From: an uncultured Granulosicoccaceae bacterium
Lineage (GTDB): Bacteria > Pseudomonadota > Gammaproteobacteria > Granulosicoccales > Granulosicoccaceae
DNA: 58,090 nucleotides
Assembly (NCBI GenBank): GCA_937928685.1
Contig: CALGJU010000156.1
Span: 1-58,090, forward strand
Direction of reading: 5' to 3'
Below, one piece after another: positions 28,112 to 38,100 of this stretch. Positions within the stretch are counted from its first letter, which is position 1. Every line of letters begins with the position of its first letter. The position numbers and the translations under genes were made by a program. The notes below the pieces were generated by a model. The model made no database searches. It had not been told where the DNA came from and worked only from the letters and a program-made list of their open reading frames with translations.

Positions 28112-29011
28112 TTGTCGATAACACCGCTCAGGGTGGCTCAGCCATCAATCATCAAAGCAATGATGTATATGGTCGCCGCCACTGCAGCGCTTGCGGCTAT
28201 GCACGGCGTGGTTCGGCATCTCAGCACAACCGTTGACGTCTACACCATCACTTTTTTTCGCAACCTGTTTGGCCTGCTTGTTGTTCTGCCATTGGTGTTA
28301 CGCAACGGTGTTCATTCACTCAAATCAAAAAGAATGCCGCTACACCTGCTTCGCGGCGCAAGCGGCATATTGGCTATGTTGTTGTGGTTTACAGCGCTTG
28401 CGAGAGTAGAAATTGCGACTGCCACAGCACTCAGCTTTAGTGCAGCCATTTTTGGAACCATAGCCGCCGTGTTAATACTGGGCGAGCGCGTCAGAGCACG
28501 AAGAATTGCCGCAATTATCGCTGGTTTTATTGGCGTATTGGTGGTGTTACGCCCTGCCAGTGATTCGTTTAACCCATCAGCACTGCTTGTGATCGGCTCC
28601 AGCCTCTTTTGGGGCATTAACCTTGTTATCGTCAAGTCGCTGTCCAGCACTGAGCACACCGCAAGCATCGTGGCCTGGAGCGGAATTACTTTAAGCGCAC
28701 TATCACTGCCGATATTTTTATATTTAGGTGAATTACCTAGCGGTCATTCGTTGTGGCTGCTGTTTCTGGTTGGGGCACTTGGAACGCTCGGTCATATGTG
28801 CATGACTACAGCACTTTCCATGGCTGACTCTACCGCCGTCATGTCATTAGATTTTTTACGATTAATTTGGACCGTAATAATTGGAGTAATGTTTTTTTCC
28901 GAACGTTTAGATTTTATGACACTACTTGGTGCCACACTCATTTTCGCCAGTGGTCTGTACATCATATTCCGTGAATCCAGATTGCCGGAACAGACGACTT
29001 CCACACCATAG
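28112..29011 (+). CDS. DMT-superfamily (EamA) transporter
   Basis: About 10 predicted TM helices in two EamA-like repeats. The start is uncertain: TTG at 28112 or ATG at 28160. Confidence 0.85.
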   Translation: MSITPLRVAQPSIIKAMMYMVAATAALAAMHGVVRHLSTTVDVYTITFFRNLFGLLVVLPLVLRNGVHSLKSKRMPLHLLRGASGILAMLLWFTALARVEIATATALSFSAAIFGTIAAVLILGERVRARRIAAIIAGFIGVLVVLRPASDSFNPSALLVIGSSLFWGINLVIVKSLSSTEHTASIVAWSGITLSALSLPIFLYLGELPSGHSLWLLFLVGALGTLGHMCMTTALSMADSTAVMSLDFLRLIWTVIIGVMFFSERLDFMTLLGATLIFASGLYIIFRESRLPEQTTSTP

Positions 29012-29328
29012 CGTTTATAACGTTGCGTCGATGTTTTACGCAGCGTTAGGCACCGTAATCATACGTACAAGCGTTTATTAAGTCTTCCCCCTCCAATGAG
29101 CGAGAGCGACTACTAGGTTTCCACCTCAAGCATTAGCGTTGAGCTTTTACAGAAACAGAAACCTAAGCAAGCACTTCCACTACGCATTGAATTTAGCATT
29201 GGCGAGACATGGATTGCAAGCGTATTCAAAACTAATATTTCCGACCATGTAGATTTGCAGGAAGCTCATTCGTCTGTACATTACAGAGACACTTGTCTCT
29301 GCAAGCCAGACAACTTAAGGAGAATACG

Positions 29329-29679
29329 ATGCAATATATTTGTTTGATCTACTCAGCAGCAGATACAGGCCCGGCACCGGGAACCCCGGAATTCGGACCC
29401 TATATGCAGGCTTATCAGGAATTCACCACCCTATTGAAGGAAAAAGGTGCGCTTGTGGCGGGCGACGCGTTACAACCGGCCACCACAGCCACCACAGTAA
29501 CGCGCGAAAACGGATCCATTGAAACGACCGATGGACCATTCGCCGAAACCAAAGAACAGCTGGGTGGTTATTACCTCATTGAGTGCGACTCACTTGACGA
29601 GGCGATTGAATATGCAGCAAAAATACCCACTGCAGCCCATGGCCGTATTGAAGTCAGACCAATAATGACTTTCGATTAG
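29329..29679 (+). CDS. YciI/DGPF-family protein
   Basis: 116 aa (MQYICLIY ... GGYYLIEC ... IEVRPI), typical of YCII-related proteins. The RBS AAGGAG lies 6 nt upstream of the ATG at 29329. Confidence 0.85.
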   Translation: MQYICLIYSAADTGPAPGTPEFGPYMQAYQEFTTLLKEKGALVAGDALQPATTATTVTRENGSIETTDGPFAETKEQLGGYYLIECDSLDEAIEYAAKIPTAAHGRIEVRPIMTFD

Positions 29680-29717
29680 TCAGCCAACCAGGCATTAACA
29701 GCTGAATTACTAAAATC

Positions 29718-30968
29718 ATGCTTCCCCCATTCAAAATCGAACAGGCAATCAATCAGATCGTTCGTGAAGAATGGGGGCGCATACTAGCCGCATTAGTGGC
29801 CGGTATCGGGGATCTTCAACTGGCCGAAGATGTACTTCAAGACGCTTTGGAACAGGCCCTGACTACTTGGCAGAAACAAGGACTACCAAAATCTCCGTCA
29901 GCCTGGCTTATCACCACCGCCAGGCGCCGCGCCATAGATAAGTTCCGTCGAGATTCCCGCTTCGCAAAGCTACAACCAGAACTCACCTATCTTGTGGAGC
30001 TTGAATCACAAGTCGACGACACAGATGAAGAGATGATCATTCCGGACAAACGACTTGAATTAATATTTACTTGTTGCCACCCGGCGCTTGAAGAAAAATC
30101 ACGCATTGCATTAACACTGCGCACTCTGGGAGGACTATCAACAGAAGAAATAGCCAGAGCATTTCTGGACAAACCCAAAACTATGGCGCAGCGATTGTCG
30201 CGTGCAAAAAATAAAATAGCTTTAGCGGGCATTCCGTTCAAGCTACCGGATGATGCACACTTGCAGCAGCGACTAAGCACTGTGCTGTCGGTAATTTATT
30301 TTATCTTCAACGAAGGATACACCGCCTCTTCAGGCAAGCAGATTGTTCGCGAAGACCTTGCTGAGGAAGCTATTCGCCTAGCGCGAATTGTCCACTCTTT
30401 AATGCCCATGCAAACAGAGGTCGCTGGCTTATTAGCACTCATGTTGCTGCATGACTCACGCCGACAGACTCGCATGGACCACCGTGGAAACATGATTCCA
30501 CTGGCAGAGCAAAATAGATCTAAGTGGAGCAAAGCCAAAATAGCAGAAGGCACCCATTTACTAAAAACAACATTAGTAAAACAGCAAGTCGGCTCATATC
30601 AAATTCAAGCGGCCATCAGTGCTATTCATGCCGAATCTTCAGACTGGGAAAGTACAGACTGGCGTCAAATCAGTGCATTCTACGAACTACTATATTCACT
30701 ACAACCTTCTGCCGTGGTTCGCGTCAACCAGTCCATTGCGGTTTCCTATGCGCACTCCATAGAAGAGGCATTGACTCTGCTGGCGATCGTTGAAAACGAA
30801 GATGCAATGCTCAACTATCAACCACTTTATGCAGCACGTGCAGATTTAAATCAAAGACTAGGCAGGCACGAGGAAGCTATCGCGGACTTACTGAGGGCGA
30901 TTGAGCTATCAGAAAATAGTGCGCAAGCGGAGTTTTTACAGAGAAAGCTTGAAGCGTTTCAAGCCTGA
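29718..30968 (+). CDS. ECF-type RNA polymerase sigma factor with long C-terminal TPR-like extension (ECF42-like)
   Basis: Sigma-2 region (DVLQDALEQAL ... PSAWLITTARRRAIDKFRR), sigma-4 region (LRTLGGLSTEEIARAFL) and an approximately 230-aa C-terminal extension. It lies immediately downstream of a YciI/DGPF gene. Confidence 0.88.
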   Translation: MLPPFKIEQAINQIVREEWGRILAALVAGIGDLQLAEDVLQDALEQALTTWQKQGLPKSPSAWLITTARRRAIDKFRRDSRFAKLQPELTYLVELESQVDDTDEEMIIPDKRLELIFTCCHPALEEKSRIALTLRTLGGLSTEEIARAFLDKPKTMAQRLSRAKNKIALAGIPFKLPDDAHLQQRLSTVLSVIYFIFNEGYTASSGKQIVREDLAEEAIRLARIVHSLMPMQTEVAGLLALMLLHDSRRQTRMDHRGNMIPLAEQNRSKWSKAKIAEGTHLLKTTLVKQQVGSYQIQAAISAIHAESSDWESTDWRQISAFYELLYSLQPSAVVRVNQSIAVSYAHSIEEALTLLAIVENEDAMLNYQPLYAARADLNQRLGRHEEAIADLLRAIELSENSAQAEFLQRKLEAFQA

Positions 30969-31015
30969 TTCCCTCAGGAGAACTTCCAGCAACCGTAATT
31001 GAAAAACAGGAATTT

Positions 31016-31597
31016 CTAAGCCACTAATGAAGGGTCATCAAAATCCACAATCAGTGGCTCACTATGAAAAGAGGTCATGTACTTCAGCAGACCATCCGCT
31101 GAAAGCGTGGTTGTCATACTATTATCACAAGGGTGAAAATGTAGTGGATCTTTATCAAGCAGTGCTTTGTCGAGTACTGCTGTCACCACTACGTCTTTGT
31201 CATTAACTACCGCGAGCGGGGTTACCGCTCCGGGTATAACACCAAGGTAGTGCATCAGTCGCTTCGGGCTCGCAAAGCTGAGCTTACCCATATTGAGCTG
31301 GGTGCCCAAGGCGGCAAGATTCACCTGACGATCTTCAAGCAAAGTCACCACTACCATGACACCCTTTTTATTTCTAAGAAATAAGTTCTTGGAGTAGCCA
31401 CCTGGTATACCGTCACGCAACGCGATGGAATCTTCGACCGTTTTCATCGGTGCGTGGCTGATCGTGCTGTTTTCAATCTCAAGCCTGTTGAGTATCGCAA
31501 TCACTTGTGCGGCCGTCGCTGGCGGGCTGCCGTCATGCAACTCCTTAGCAATTACTTCTGGCGCTTTGGTTTTTGTAGTACCGGTTTCATCTGACAT
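31016..31597 (-). CDS. YbaK/ProX-type aminoacyl-tRNA editing domain protein
   Basis: Approximately 190 aa with sequence character of the prolyl-tRNA-synthetase-associated editing domain. The ATG at 31597 lies just after the upstream gene stop. The alternative start is 31609. Confidence 0.75.
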   Translation of the reverse strand: MSDETGTTKTKAPEVIAKELHDGSPPATAAQVIAILNRLEIENSTISHAPMKTVEDSIALRDGIPGGYSKNLFLRNKKGVMVVVTLLEDRQVNLAALGTQLNMGKLSFASPKRLMHYLGVIPGAVTPLAVVNDKDVVVTAVLDKALLDKDPLHFHPCDNSMTTTLSADGLLKYMTSFHSEPLIVDFDDPSLVA

Positions 31598-31598
31598 T

Positions 31599-33005
31599 TC
31601 AATCACCACTATATAATCGCTCTAATACTTCAAGCATTGCACGTAGCCCCATCGCTTCACCACCTATCGGTCTTCCGCTTCGTGCACGACTGTTCCAGGC
31701 CATGATATCAAAGTGTAGCCAACGGGTATTTGGTTCAACAAAACTCTGCAGATAAAGCGCCGCAGTAATCGCTCCACCGAACGGGGTGCTGGCAGCGTTT
31801 TGCATATCTGCCACATGACTTTTCAGGAATGATTTATAGCCACTGTGAAGAGGCAGCTCCCAGGTGGGGTCAAATGTACTGACACCCGCTTCCCGCACGG
31901 TGTTGGCAATTTCTCTGTCATTGCAAAAGTAAGACGCTATTTCAGTTCCGACTGCCACCCTCGCAGCCCCTGTCAACGTCGCGAAGTCGACCAGCAAATC
32001 AGGCTCTTCGTCGCAGGCATCGCTCAACGCATCGCACAACACCAACCGCCCTTCGGCATCGGTGTTATCAATTTCTACCGTTATCCCGCTGCGGGTGCGA
32101 ATGACATCACCGGGTCTGAACGCATTCGATGAGATGGCGTTTTCCGCCGAAGGGACCAGTAAACGCAAGCGCACGGGTAACTCAAGTGCCATGATTAACT
32201 GCGCCAATCCGATGGCATGGGCAGCCCCACCCATATCCTTTTTCATACTTCGCATACCAGCGGCAGGCTTGATATCCAATCCGCCACTGTCAAATGTGAT
32301 GCCCTTGCCCACCAACGTCACCAATGGATGCTTTTTATTGCTACCCCACCTAAGCTCAATCAATCGCGGTGGGTGAACACTGGCACGACCGACGGTATGA
32401 ATACACGGATAATTTTCCGCCAGCAGATCATCACCGACAACTTCTGCAAACTCTGCCTCATGTGTTTGCGCAATTTCAGCAACCACTGCGGATAAATGCT
32501 GCGGCATCATATCTTCCGCAGGCGTGTTGATCAGATCGCGCACGCGGTAGGTTGCCGCCACCGTTTCCTGAATGCGTTGATGATCTGCTGAGTTCGGAAG
32601 TTTTAACCTCGGCACACTACACTCCGATGGCACTCTGTTACGGGCATTATTTTTGTAGCGATCAAATACATATGACCCTAAGCCCCAACCAACGGCTAAT
32701 GAATCAAGATTCGCTCTAACACCAGAGCCCTCTAAAGCGTAATCACCATCTGGCAGACGCTTGGGTAAATCGGCAATTGCAAAAGGATCTTCCAGTGTCT
32801 CAACACCGACAACATATTTTTCAATGTTGCCGTCTTTATCAGGCAATCCGCATAAAGCGCCAGGTCGACCACTAAAGGCATTCTGCTCAAGCCAGCGCAC
32901 CTGGGGGGGTGTGAATTTTTTTATCGCACGATTGTAGTTTGATGAGGTAACGAGAACTATCGGTACTGCCGTGTTTCGGCCACCGTAGAGAAAACAATCG
33001 GTCAT
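31599..33005 (-). CDS. M17-family leucyl aminopeptidase
   Basis: Carries the M17 signature NTDAEGRLVLCDAL and metal ligands (GKGITFDSGG, MKKDMGGAA). The start is either 33005 (MTDCF) or 33023. Confidence 0.9.
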   Translation of the reverse strand: MTDCFLYGGRNTAVPIVLVTSSNYNRAIKKFTPPQVRWLEQNAFSGRPGALCGLPDKDGNIEKYVVGVETLEDPFAIADLPKRLPDGDYALEGSGVRANLDSLAVGWGLGSYVFDRYKNNARNRVPSECSVPRLKLPNSADHQRIQETVAATYRVRDLINTPAEDMMPQHLSAVVAEIAQTHEAEFAEVVGDDLLAENYPCIHTVGRASVHPPRLIELRWGSNKKHPLVTLVGKGITFDSGGLDIKPAAGMRSMKKDMGGAAHAIGLAQLIMALELPVRLRLLVPSAENAISSNAFRPGDVIRTRSGITVEIDNTDAEGRLVLCDALSDACDEEPDLLVDFATLTGAARVAVGTEIASYFCNDREIANTVREAGVSTFDPTWELPLHSGYKSFLKSHVADMQNAASTPFGGAITAALYLQSFVEPNTRWLHFDIMAWNSRARSGRPIGGEAMGLRAMLEVLERLYSGD

Positions 33006-33166
33006 AAGGTTCTTTGCGTGCATTTTGTAATAGCTAGTATTGTAGACTGCCTGGCCGCAATTGCGGCCATTTTGGTTATCGACTTATCGTCGACGGCGAC
33101 TAATACTTATAACTCACAACAAAGCCGTTGCAGTGACGTGCCAGAACGCACCATTAAGCTTGTACC

Positions 33167-34480
33167 CTACCCGCCGGGGCCCTGCCTGATATTATTTGGC
33201 AGCCAGGTAGCGATCTCGGGCCACACCACTAATATAATCACCATCAGAATCATCAGACCTACCATAGGGATGGCTGTCTTTGCGATGTACGAAATTTCAT
33301 GGTTGGTCATGCCTTGTAAAACAAACAGGTTAAACCCGATCGGCGGCGTCACTTGCGCCATCTCCACCACCACGACGATAAAGATACCGAACCATATAAC
33401 ATCAATACCTGCCTGCCTGATCATTGGTTCAACGATGGCCATGGTCAGTACCACTGAAGAAATACCATCGAGGAACATACCAAGCACGATATAAAAAATA
33501 GTCAATGCCACTATTAATATCACGGGCGATAGTTCCATCGCATCAATCCACGCTGCCAATGCACTGGGCAATCCAGTGAAACCCATTGCCAATGACAGAA
33601 ATGCCGCCCCCATCAATATCAATGCAATCATAGCGGACGTTCGCGTAGCGCCCATCAAACTTGCCGAAAAGCTCGACCAGCTCAGCGAGCCCTGCATTGC
33701 AGCAAGCGCAAGTGCACCCACCACCCCGACAGCAGCCGCTTCAGTGGCAGTGGCCCAACCGAAATACATTGAACCGATAACAGTAAACACCAACATAAGC
33801 ACTGGTATCAGAAAACGGCTTTCCTTAAGCATTTCAGCAAAGCTCATCGCCGGCTCCGGTGGAGGACGCTGGTCCTTACGCAGGTAATGCCAGCCAATGA
33901 TGTAGGTCATAAAAAGCGAGGCCAACACAAGGCCCGGTATGATTCCAGCCATAAACAACTTAGTGATGCTTTCGTTAATGGTTACTCCGTAGACGATCAG
34001 CGTTAACGAAGGAGGGATCATTAGCCCGAGCGTCGCAGCACCCGCCAACGTACCAACAATCATGTACTCGGGATATCCCCGTGATCGCAACTCTGGAATA
34101 GACATCTTGCCAACCGTCGTTAAGGTAGCAGCGGATGAACCGGATACTGCGGCAAAAATGGTACAGCCGGCGATGTTGGTATGAAGCAGCCCTCCGGGTA
34201 ACTTTCGCATCCATGGCGCAAGCCCACGGAACATATCTTCAGACAAACGGGTTCTGTAGAGGATTTCCCCCATCCAGATAAACAACGGCAAGGCAGTTAA
34301 TGTCCAGCTACTCGAACTTGTCCAAATAGTGGTGATCATTGCGTCGCCTGCCGGTCGCGAGGTAAACAGCTCCATCCCCACCCACGCAACAGCCATCAAT
34401 GCCAGGCCTATCCAGACAGAGCTGCCGAGCAGCGTGAACAACACAACAAGAAATACAACAGTGGCTAGAATCTCACTCAT
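33167..34480 (-). CDS. TRAP transporter large permease subunit (DctM family)
   Basis: 437-aa polytopic membrane protein with DctM-like sequence. Overlaps the DctQ stop by 4 nt. Confidence 0.92.
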   Translation of the reverse strand: MSEILATVVFLVVLFTLLGSSVWIGLALMAVAWVGMELFTSRPAGDAMITTIWTSSSSWTLTALPLFIWMGEILYRTRLSEDMFRGLAPWMRKLPGGLLHTNIAGCTIFAAVSGSSAATLTTVGKMSIPELRSRGYPEYMIVGTLAGAATLGLMIPPSLTLIVYGVTINESITKLFMAGIIPGLVLASLFMTYIIGWHYLRKDQRPPPEPAMSFAEMLKESRFLIPVLMLVFTVIGSMYFGWATATEAAAVGVVGALALAAMQGSLSWSSFSASLMGATRTSAMIALILMGAAFLSLAMGFTGLPSALAAWIDAMELSPVILIVALTIFYIVLGMFLDGISSVVLTMAIVEPMIRQAGIDVIWFGIFIVVVVEMAQVTPPIGFNLFVLQGMTNHEISYIAKTAIPMVGLMILMVIILVVWPEIATWLPNNIRQGPGG

Positions 34481-35250
34481 GATGCCGACTCCGTCGCAAC
34501 CGTTCTGACATTCGTTTTTGCTTCATCACCGGACGTATCACCTTCAACTGTTTCCATGCTGATTGGATTTTCTCCTGTCACCAGCAAGCGATAAAGATTG
34601 TCCCACAGCGCTATTGCCAACAGTACGGTTCCAATTGACATAGGTATTTGCGGCAACCACATAGGGGTATACACCCATTCTGTTCCAGAGGCTTGCCACA
34701 TTGACTTCCACTGTGAAGGCGAGGCACCGAACATTTTTACAAAAGTAAGCAGACGCTCCGGCACTTGATCAATGCCCTGAGTTCGATCATTAATCATCTC
34801 GGACATAAAGTTGGTTTTGATAGCGAAGCGGGCAAAATAGGTGGCCGTGATTGCGGCTATAAACAAAGCAAATACATTGATCCACATACGCGTGAATGCA
34901 TTCAAATTCAACAGAATGGACACTCTGATGTGTGCACCACGATTGAGCGCATGCGCCAACGCAAAAAACGATGTGGCAGCCATTGCATAACCGGCAAAAT
35001 CTGTCGAGCCCGGAAACTGCCAGCCGACCCATCGAAAAACCATTTGCACAATGATAATCAGAAGAATTCCAATCATACAACAGGCTGCTAAAACTCCCGA
35101 TGCAGTGTATATGCCGTCCAGCACCTTCCATACCGGCTTCAACACACCAAGCAACTTACGGCGCCATACCAAACAGACAAGTGCAAACACACTGGGAAAT
35201 ACAAATAGCCATACCCACAACGGTAAACCTACAAACGGTTTCCAATCCAT
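34477..35250 (-). CDS. TRAP transporter small permease subunit (DctQ family, extended)
   Basis: Four or more TM helices, positioned between dctP and dctM. At 257 aa it is longer than typical DctQ and has a hydrophilic C-terminal tail. Confidence 0.8.
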   Translation of the reverse strand: MDWKPFVGLPLWVWLFVFPSVFALVCLVWRRKLLGVLKPVWKVLDGIYTASGVLAACCMIGILLIIIVQMVFRWVGWQFPGSTDFAGYAMAATSFFALAHALNRGAHIRVSILLNLNAFTRMWINVFALFIAAITATYFARFAIKTNFMSEMINDRTQGIDQVPERLLTFVKMFGASPSQWKSMWQASGTEWVYTPMWLPQIPMSIGTVLLAIALWDNLYRLLVTGENPISMETVEGDTSGDEAKTNVRTVATESAS

Positions 35251-35336
35251 AACTAAGCTCGATTATTCGCAGAAGGGAGGGCTAAAACAAACCGGGTTCC
35301 TTGCGGAACCCGGGCAATGCAATAAAAACGCTACCA

Positions 35337-36311
35337 CTACATACCTTTATAGGCATCCATGATTGCTTTTCCATCTTCACCGGTGGCCACCAACCAATCA
35401 GCCTGCATAGTGGCACCGATGGCTTGCAACTCACCCATAAACTCAGGACCGGCATCAACCACTGACATACCGTTTTCTTCTAGCTGTTCGTAGTACCACA
35501 ATGAAAGCTCTTCTGACTTGGCAGTACAAGATGCACCAATCTCATCAGCGGCTTTCTGCATTCCAGCCTGTGTATCAGCATCAAGCGAATCCCACATGCC
35601 TTTGTTTACCATGACGTAGTTTCTTGGCTGCCAGGCACTTACTTTGTAGTAGTGAGAAAGATGCTCCCACACTTTTCGGTCATAGCCTGTTGAACCGGAT
35701 GAGATAAAGCCATCCGCAACGCCAGTTGCCAGCGCCTGGGTTAATTCAGCCGCTTCGATTTGCACTGGTGTACCACCGAGGCTTTCAATAACGGTTGCAG
35801 TTGCAGCGTTGTATGAGCGCAACTTAACACCCTCAACGTCTTTCGCAGAATTGACTTCTTTCTTGAAATAGAAGCCCTGACCAGGCCATGGGCAGGTGTA
35901 GAGAGCAACTAGGTTGCTTTCAGCAAGGTGCTCATTTACCGGGCCTTTCGCCGCTTGCCAAAGCTTTTCGCCGTCAGCGTAAGTGGTAGCAAGAAATGGC
36001 AGGTTGTCCCAGTTATATATTGGATCTTCATTTGCGTGAGCCGACATAATACGCTCACCAATCGGTGCCTGACCTGTTTGAACCGCACGCTTGATGTCAC
36101 CACCACCGAATAGAGACCCACCAGGGTGGATCGTGATATCAATTTTGCCACTGGTGTATTCTCTGACTTTGTCAGCGAACATCACACCATGCTCTGAGTG
36201 GAAGTTAGTCGCAGAATATGCCATTGGCATATCCCATTTTTCAGCCAATGCAGCGGAGGCATTGAAGGTGAGTGCAGTGGCTGCTGCGATCAGTGCTGGT
36301 TTGAATTTCAT
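35337..36311 (-). CDS. TRAP transporter solute-binding protein (DctP family)
   Basis: 324 aa with a signal peptide (MKFKPALIAAATALTFNASAALA). The sequence is DctP-like. Confidence 0.9.
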   Translation of the reverse strand: MKFKPALIAAATALTFNASAALAEKWDMPMAYSATNFHSEHGVMFADKVREYTSGKIDITIHPGGSLFGGGDIKRAVQTGQAPIGERIMSAHANEDPIYNWDNLPFLATTYADGEKLWQAAKGPVNEHLAESNLVALYTCPWPGQGFYFKKEVNSAKDVEGVKLRSYNAATATVIESLGGTPVQIEAAELTQALATGVADGFISSGSTGYDRKVWEHLSHYYKVSAWQPRNYVMVNKGMWDSLDADTQAGMQKAADEIGASCTAKSEELSLWYYEQLEENGMSVVDAGPEFMGELQAIGATMQADWLVATGEDGKAIMDAYKGM

Positions 36312-36433
36312 TCGTCTCTCCTCGTTGAACCTTGATCATACCACTGGTTTTACGCCAGGCGCACCCGCTGATTGGCTGTCGTTGATCAAGCCGCGACACG
36401 CCCCGACATCCAACCCCAAAGGAACTATCAACC

Positions 36434-36904
36434 ATGAAACGGGCAAACATTGAAATTAAACGCGGCGGACTATCGCACCCAGGTGTCGTCGCTCTGCTCC
36501 GGGAACACCTCGAGGAGATGGCAAGCCACACGCCGGCCGAATCTGTCCATGCACTTGACCTGGTTTCGCTACAGCACTCGGATATCAGTTTCTGGACAGC
36601 ATGGAGCGGCGATGCGCTTGCAGGCTGTGCAGCAATTAAAAAGCTGGATACACACAGCGCTGAATTAAAATCTATGCGCACCTGCCGTAACCATCGACGC
36701 ACCGGTGTTGCATCACAGCTGCTGACCCATCTGATAAAGGAAACCAAAAAGAGGAACTTCAAAACCCTGTACCTTGAAACCGGATCGATACCCGCCTTCG
36801 CTGCCGCCGCTCAGCTGTATCAAAAATTCGGCTTCATTCACTGCAAGCCATTTGCTGATTATATTGAAGACCCGAATAGTGTTTTTATGGTGTTGCAGCT
36901 ATAG
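36434..36904 (+). CDS. GNAT-family N-acetyltransferase
   Basis: 156 aa with the acetyl-CoA-binding motif RNHRRTGVASQLL. Confidence 0.85.
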   Translation: MKRANIEIKRGGLSHPGVVALLREHLEEMASHTPAESVHALDLVSLQHSDISFWTAWSGDALAGCAAIKKLDTHSAELKSMRTCRNHRRTGVASQLLTHLIKETKKRNFKTLYLETGSIPAFAAAAQLYQKFGFIHCKPFADYIEDPNSVFMVLQL

Positions 36905-37013
36905 AGTTCAGCCGGGCGGTTGAAAGCAATCATTCACCCAACCATTCCGGCGCTTAAAGCTCTACCAGCAGCAATAGACAGGTCACGCAGGTACAGCGCA
37001 CAAAGCAATACAT

Positions 37014-38000
37014 TCAAACTTCAACTGCATCACCAGCGCTTGCATCTCTATTGCTATAGTGCGAGAACGCCCCTTGATTCCTCCCCAGAACATACTCAGC
37101 CGCTCCGACCGGAGAATACCTGGCCACCTCCCCGGGCAACAAATCCAAAGGGTCAACCACTGCACCGGGACTGGGATCATAAAACATAGCAATCGAGTAT
37201 CGTTCACAAGGATTTAAATTTCGCACCCGGTGTTTAGTGGAAGGCAAACGATGATTAGACCAGCGCTCAAGTAGATCCCCGATATTGACCACCAGTGTAT
37301 TCTCCAACGGCGGCGCCGCTACCCACTCATCATTTGGAAACAACACTTCAAGCCCCGCTGTTTCCTGCAGCAGCAAGGTCAAACAACCAAAGTCACTGTG
37401 TGGCGCTACACCAAATTGATCGGGATGATCACCGGTCGGTGGATAGCAAAGCAGCTGACCGCGCAGCATGCTGCGCTGATAGTAAGGTTCAAAAAAATTC
37501 TCGCTGGCGCCGAGTGCCACCGCCACTATCTGCAACAGCTTGTCGCCAATGAGCTTAACCATTTTTGAATAGTTGTTGACGGCATCCCGAAATCCATCAA
37601 GATCAGGCCATTGATTGGGTCCACATAGTGGCAGGCCTGCCAATACATCCGGATCGTTGGCGTCTGCATCTCTGCCCCAGAAAAAGACTTCCTTGCTGTC
37701 TTTGCGGGCCGCCCCGTGCATTTGTGCCATGCCGTGGGCAAGATAGCCACGGTTGTTATTGTCCACAGCAATCTGTTTTTTTTCGCTGATTTTAGATGTA
37801 AAAAATGAGCGCTGTGCAAGACGCATATCATCTATTGTGCTAGCGTAGGAGTCACCTATCCGAACATATAGGAACCCGCATTGTGCAGTAGCCTTGAGCA
37901 ACCCCGATGCGGCAACCTGCAATTCGACCTCGTCCGGACAAGACAAATCCAGATGAGCAATAGCAGAACCTGTTACCCCCGTAATAGTTCTATTTTTCAT
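37014..38000 (-). CDS. 2-oxoglutarate/Fe(II)-dependent oxygenase (isopenicillin N synthase family)
   Basis: HxD...H facial triad (PHSDFGCLTLL ... STKHRV). The ATG at 38000 is preceded by GGGAG. The track start at 38078 adds an implausible extension. Confidence 0.85.
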   Translation of the reverse strand: MKNRTITGVTGSAIAHLDLSCPDEVELQVAASGLLKATAQCGFLYVRIGDSYASTIDDMRLAQRSFFTSKISEKKQIAVDNNNRGYLAHGMAQMHGAARKDSKEVFFWGRDADANDPDVLAGLPLCGPNQWPDLDGFRDAVNNYSKMVKLIGDKLLQIVAVALGASENFFEPYYQRSMLRGQLLCYPPTGDHPDQFGVAPHSDFGCLTLLLQETAGLEVLFPNDEWVAAPPLENTLVVNIGDLLERWSNHRLPSTKHRVRNLNPCERYSIAMFYDPSPGAVVDPLDLLPGEVARYSPVGAAEYVLGRNQGAFSHYSNRDASAGDAVEV

Positions 38001-38100
38001 ACAAGCTCCCGTCGGTCGGCATGTAAATCGCAGACTAGCACGGAACATATGATCCGGCTTGTGGTTACCGCCGGACAAATTATCTTATAGAAAAGAAGCA

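Noticed and set aside
34477-35250. Oversized DctQ subunit (257 aa) as a possible fusion with another domain
   Set aside because: The extra length is an N-terminal hydrophobic segment and a short hydrophilic tail with no recognisable domain. This is within the plausible variation of TRAP small subunits.
36241-36762. 173-aa minus-strand ORF overlapping the GNAT gene and the dctP start
   Set aside because: The plus-strand GNAT ORF has clear acetyl-CoA-binding motifs. The antisense translation is Ser/Arg/Cys-rich with no recognisable features.
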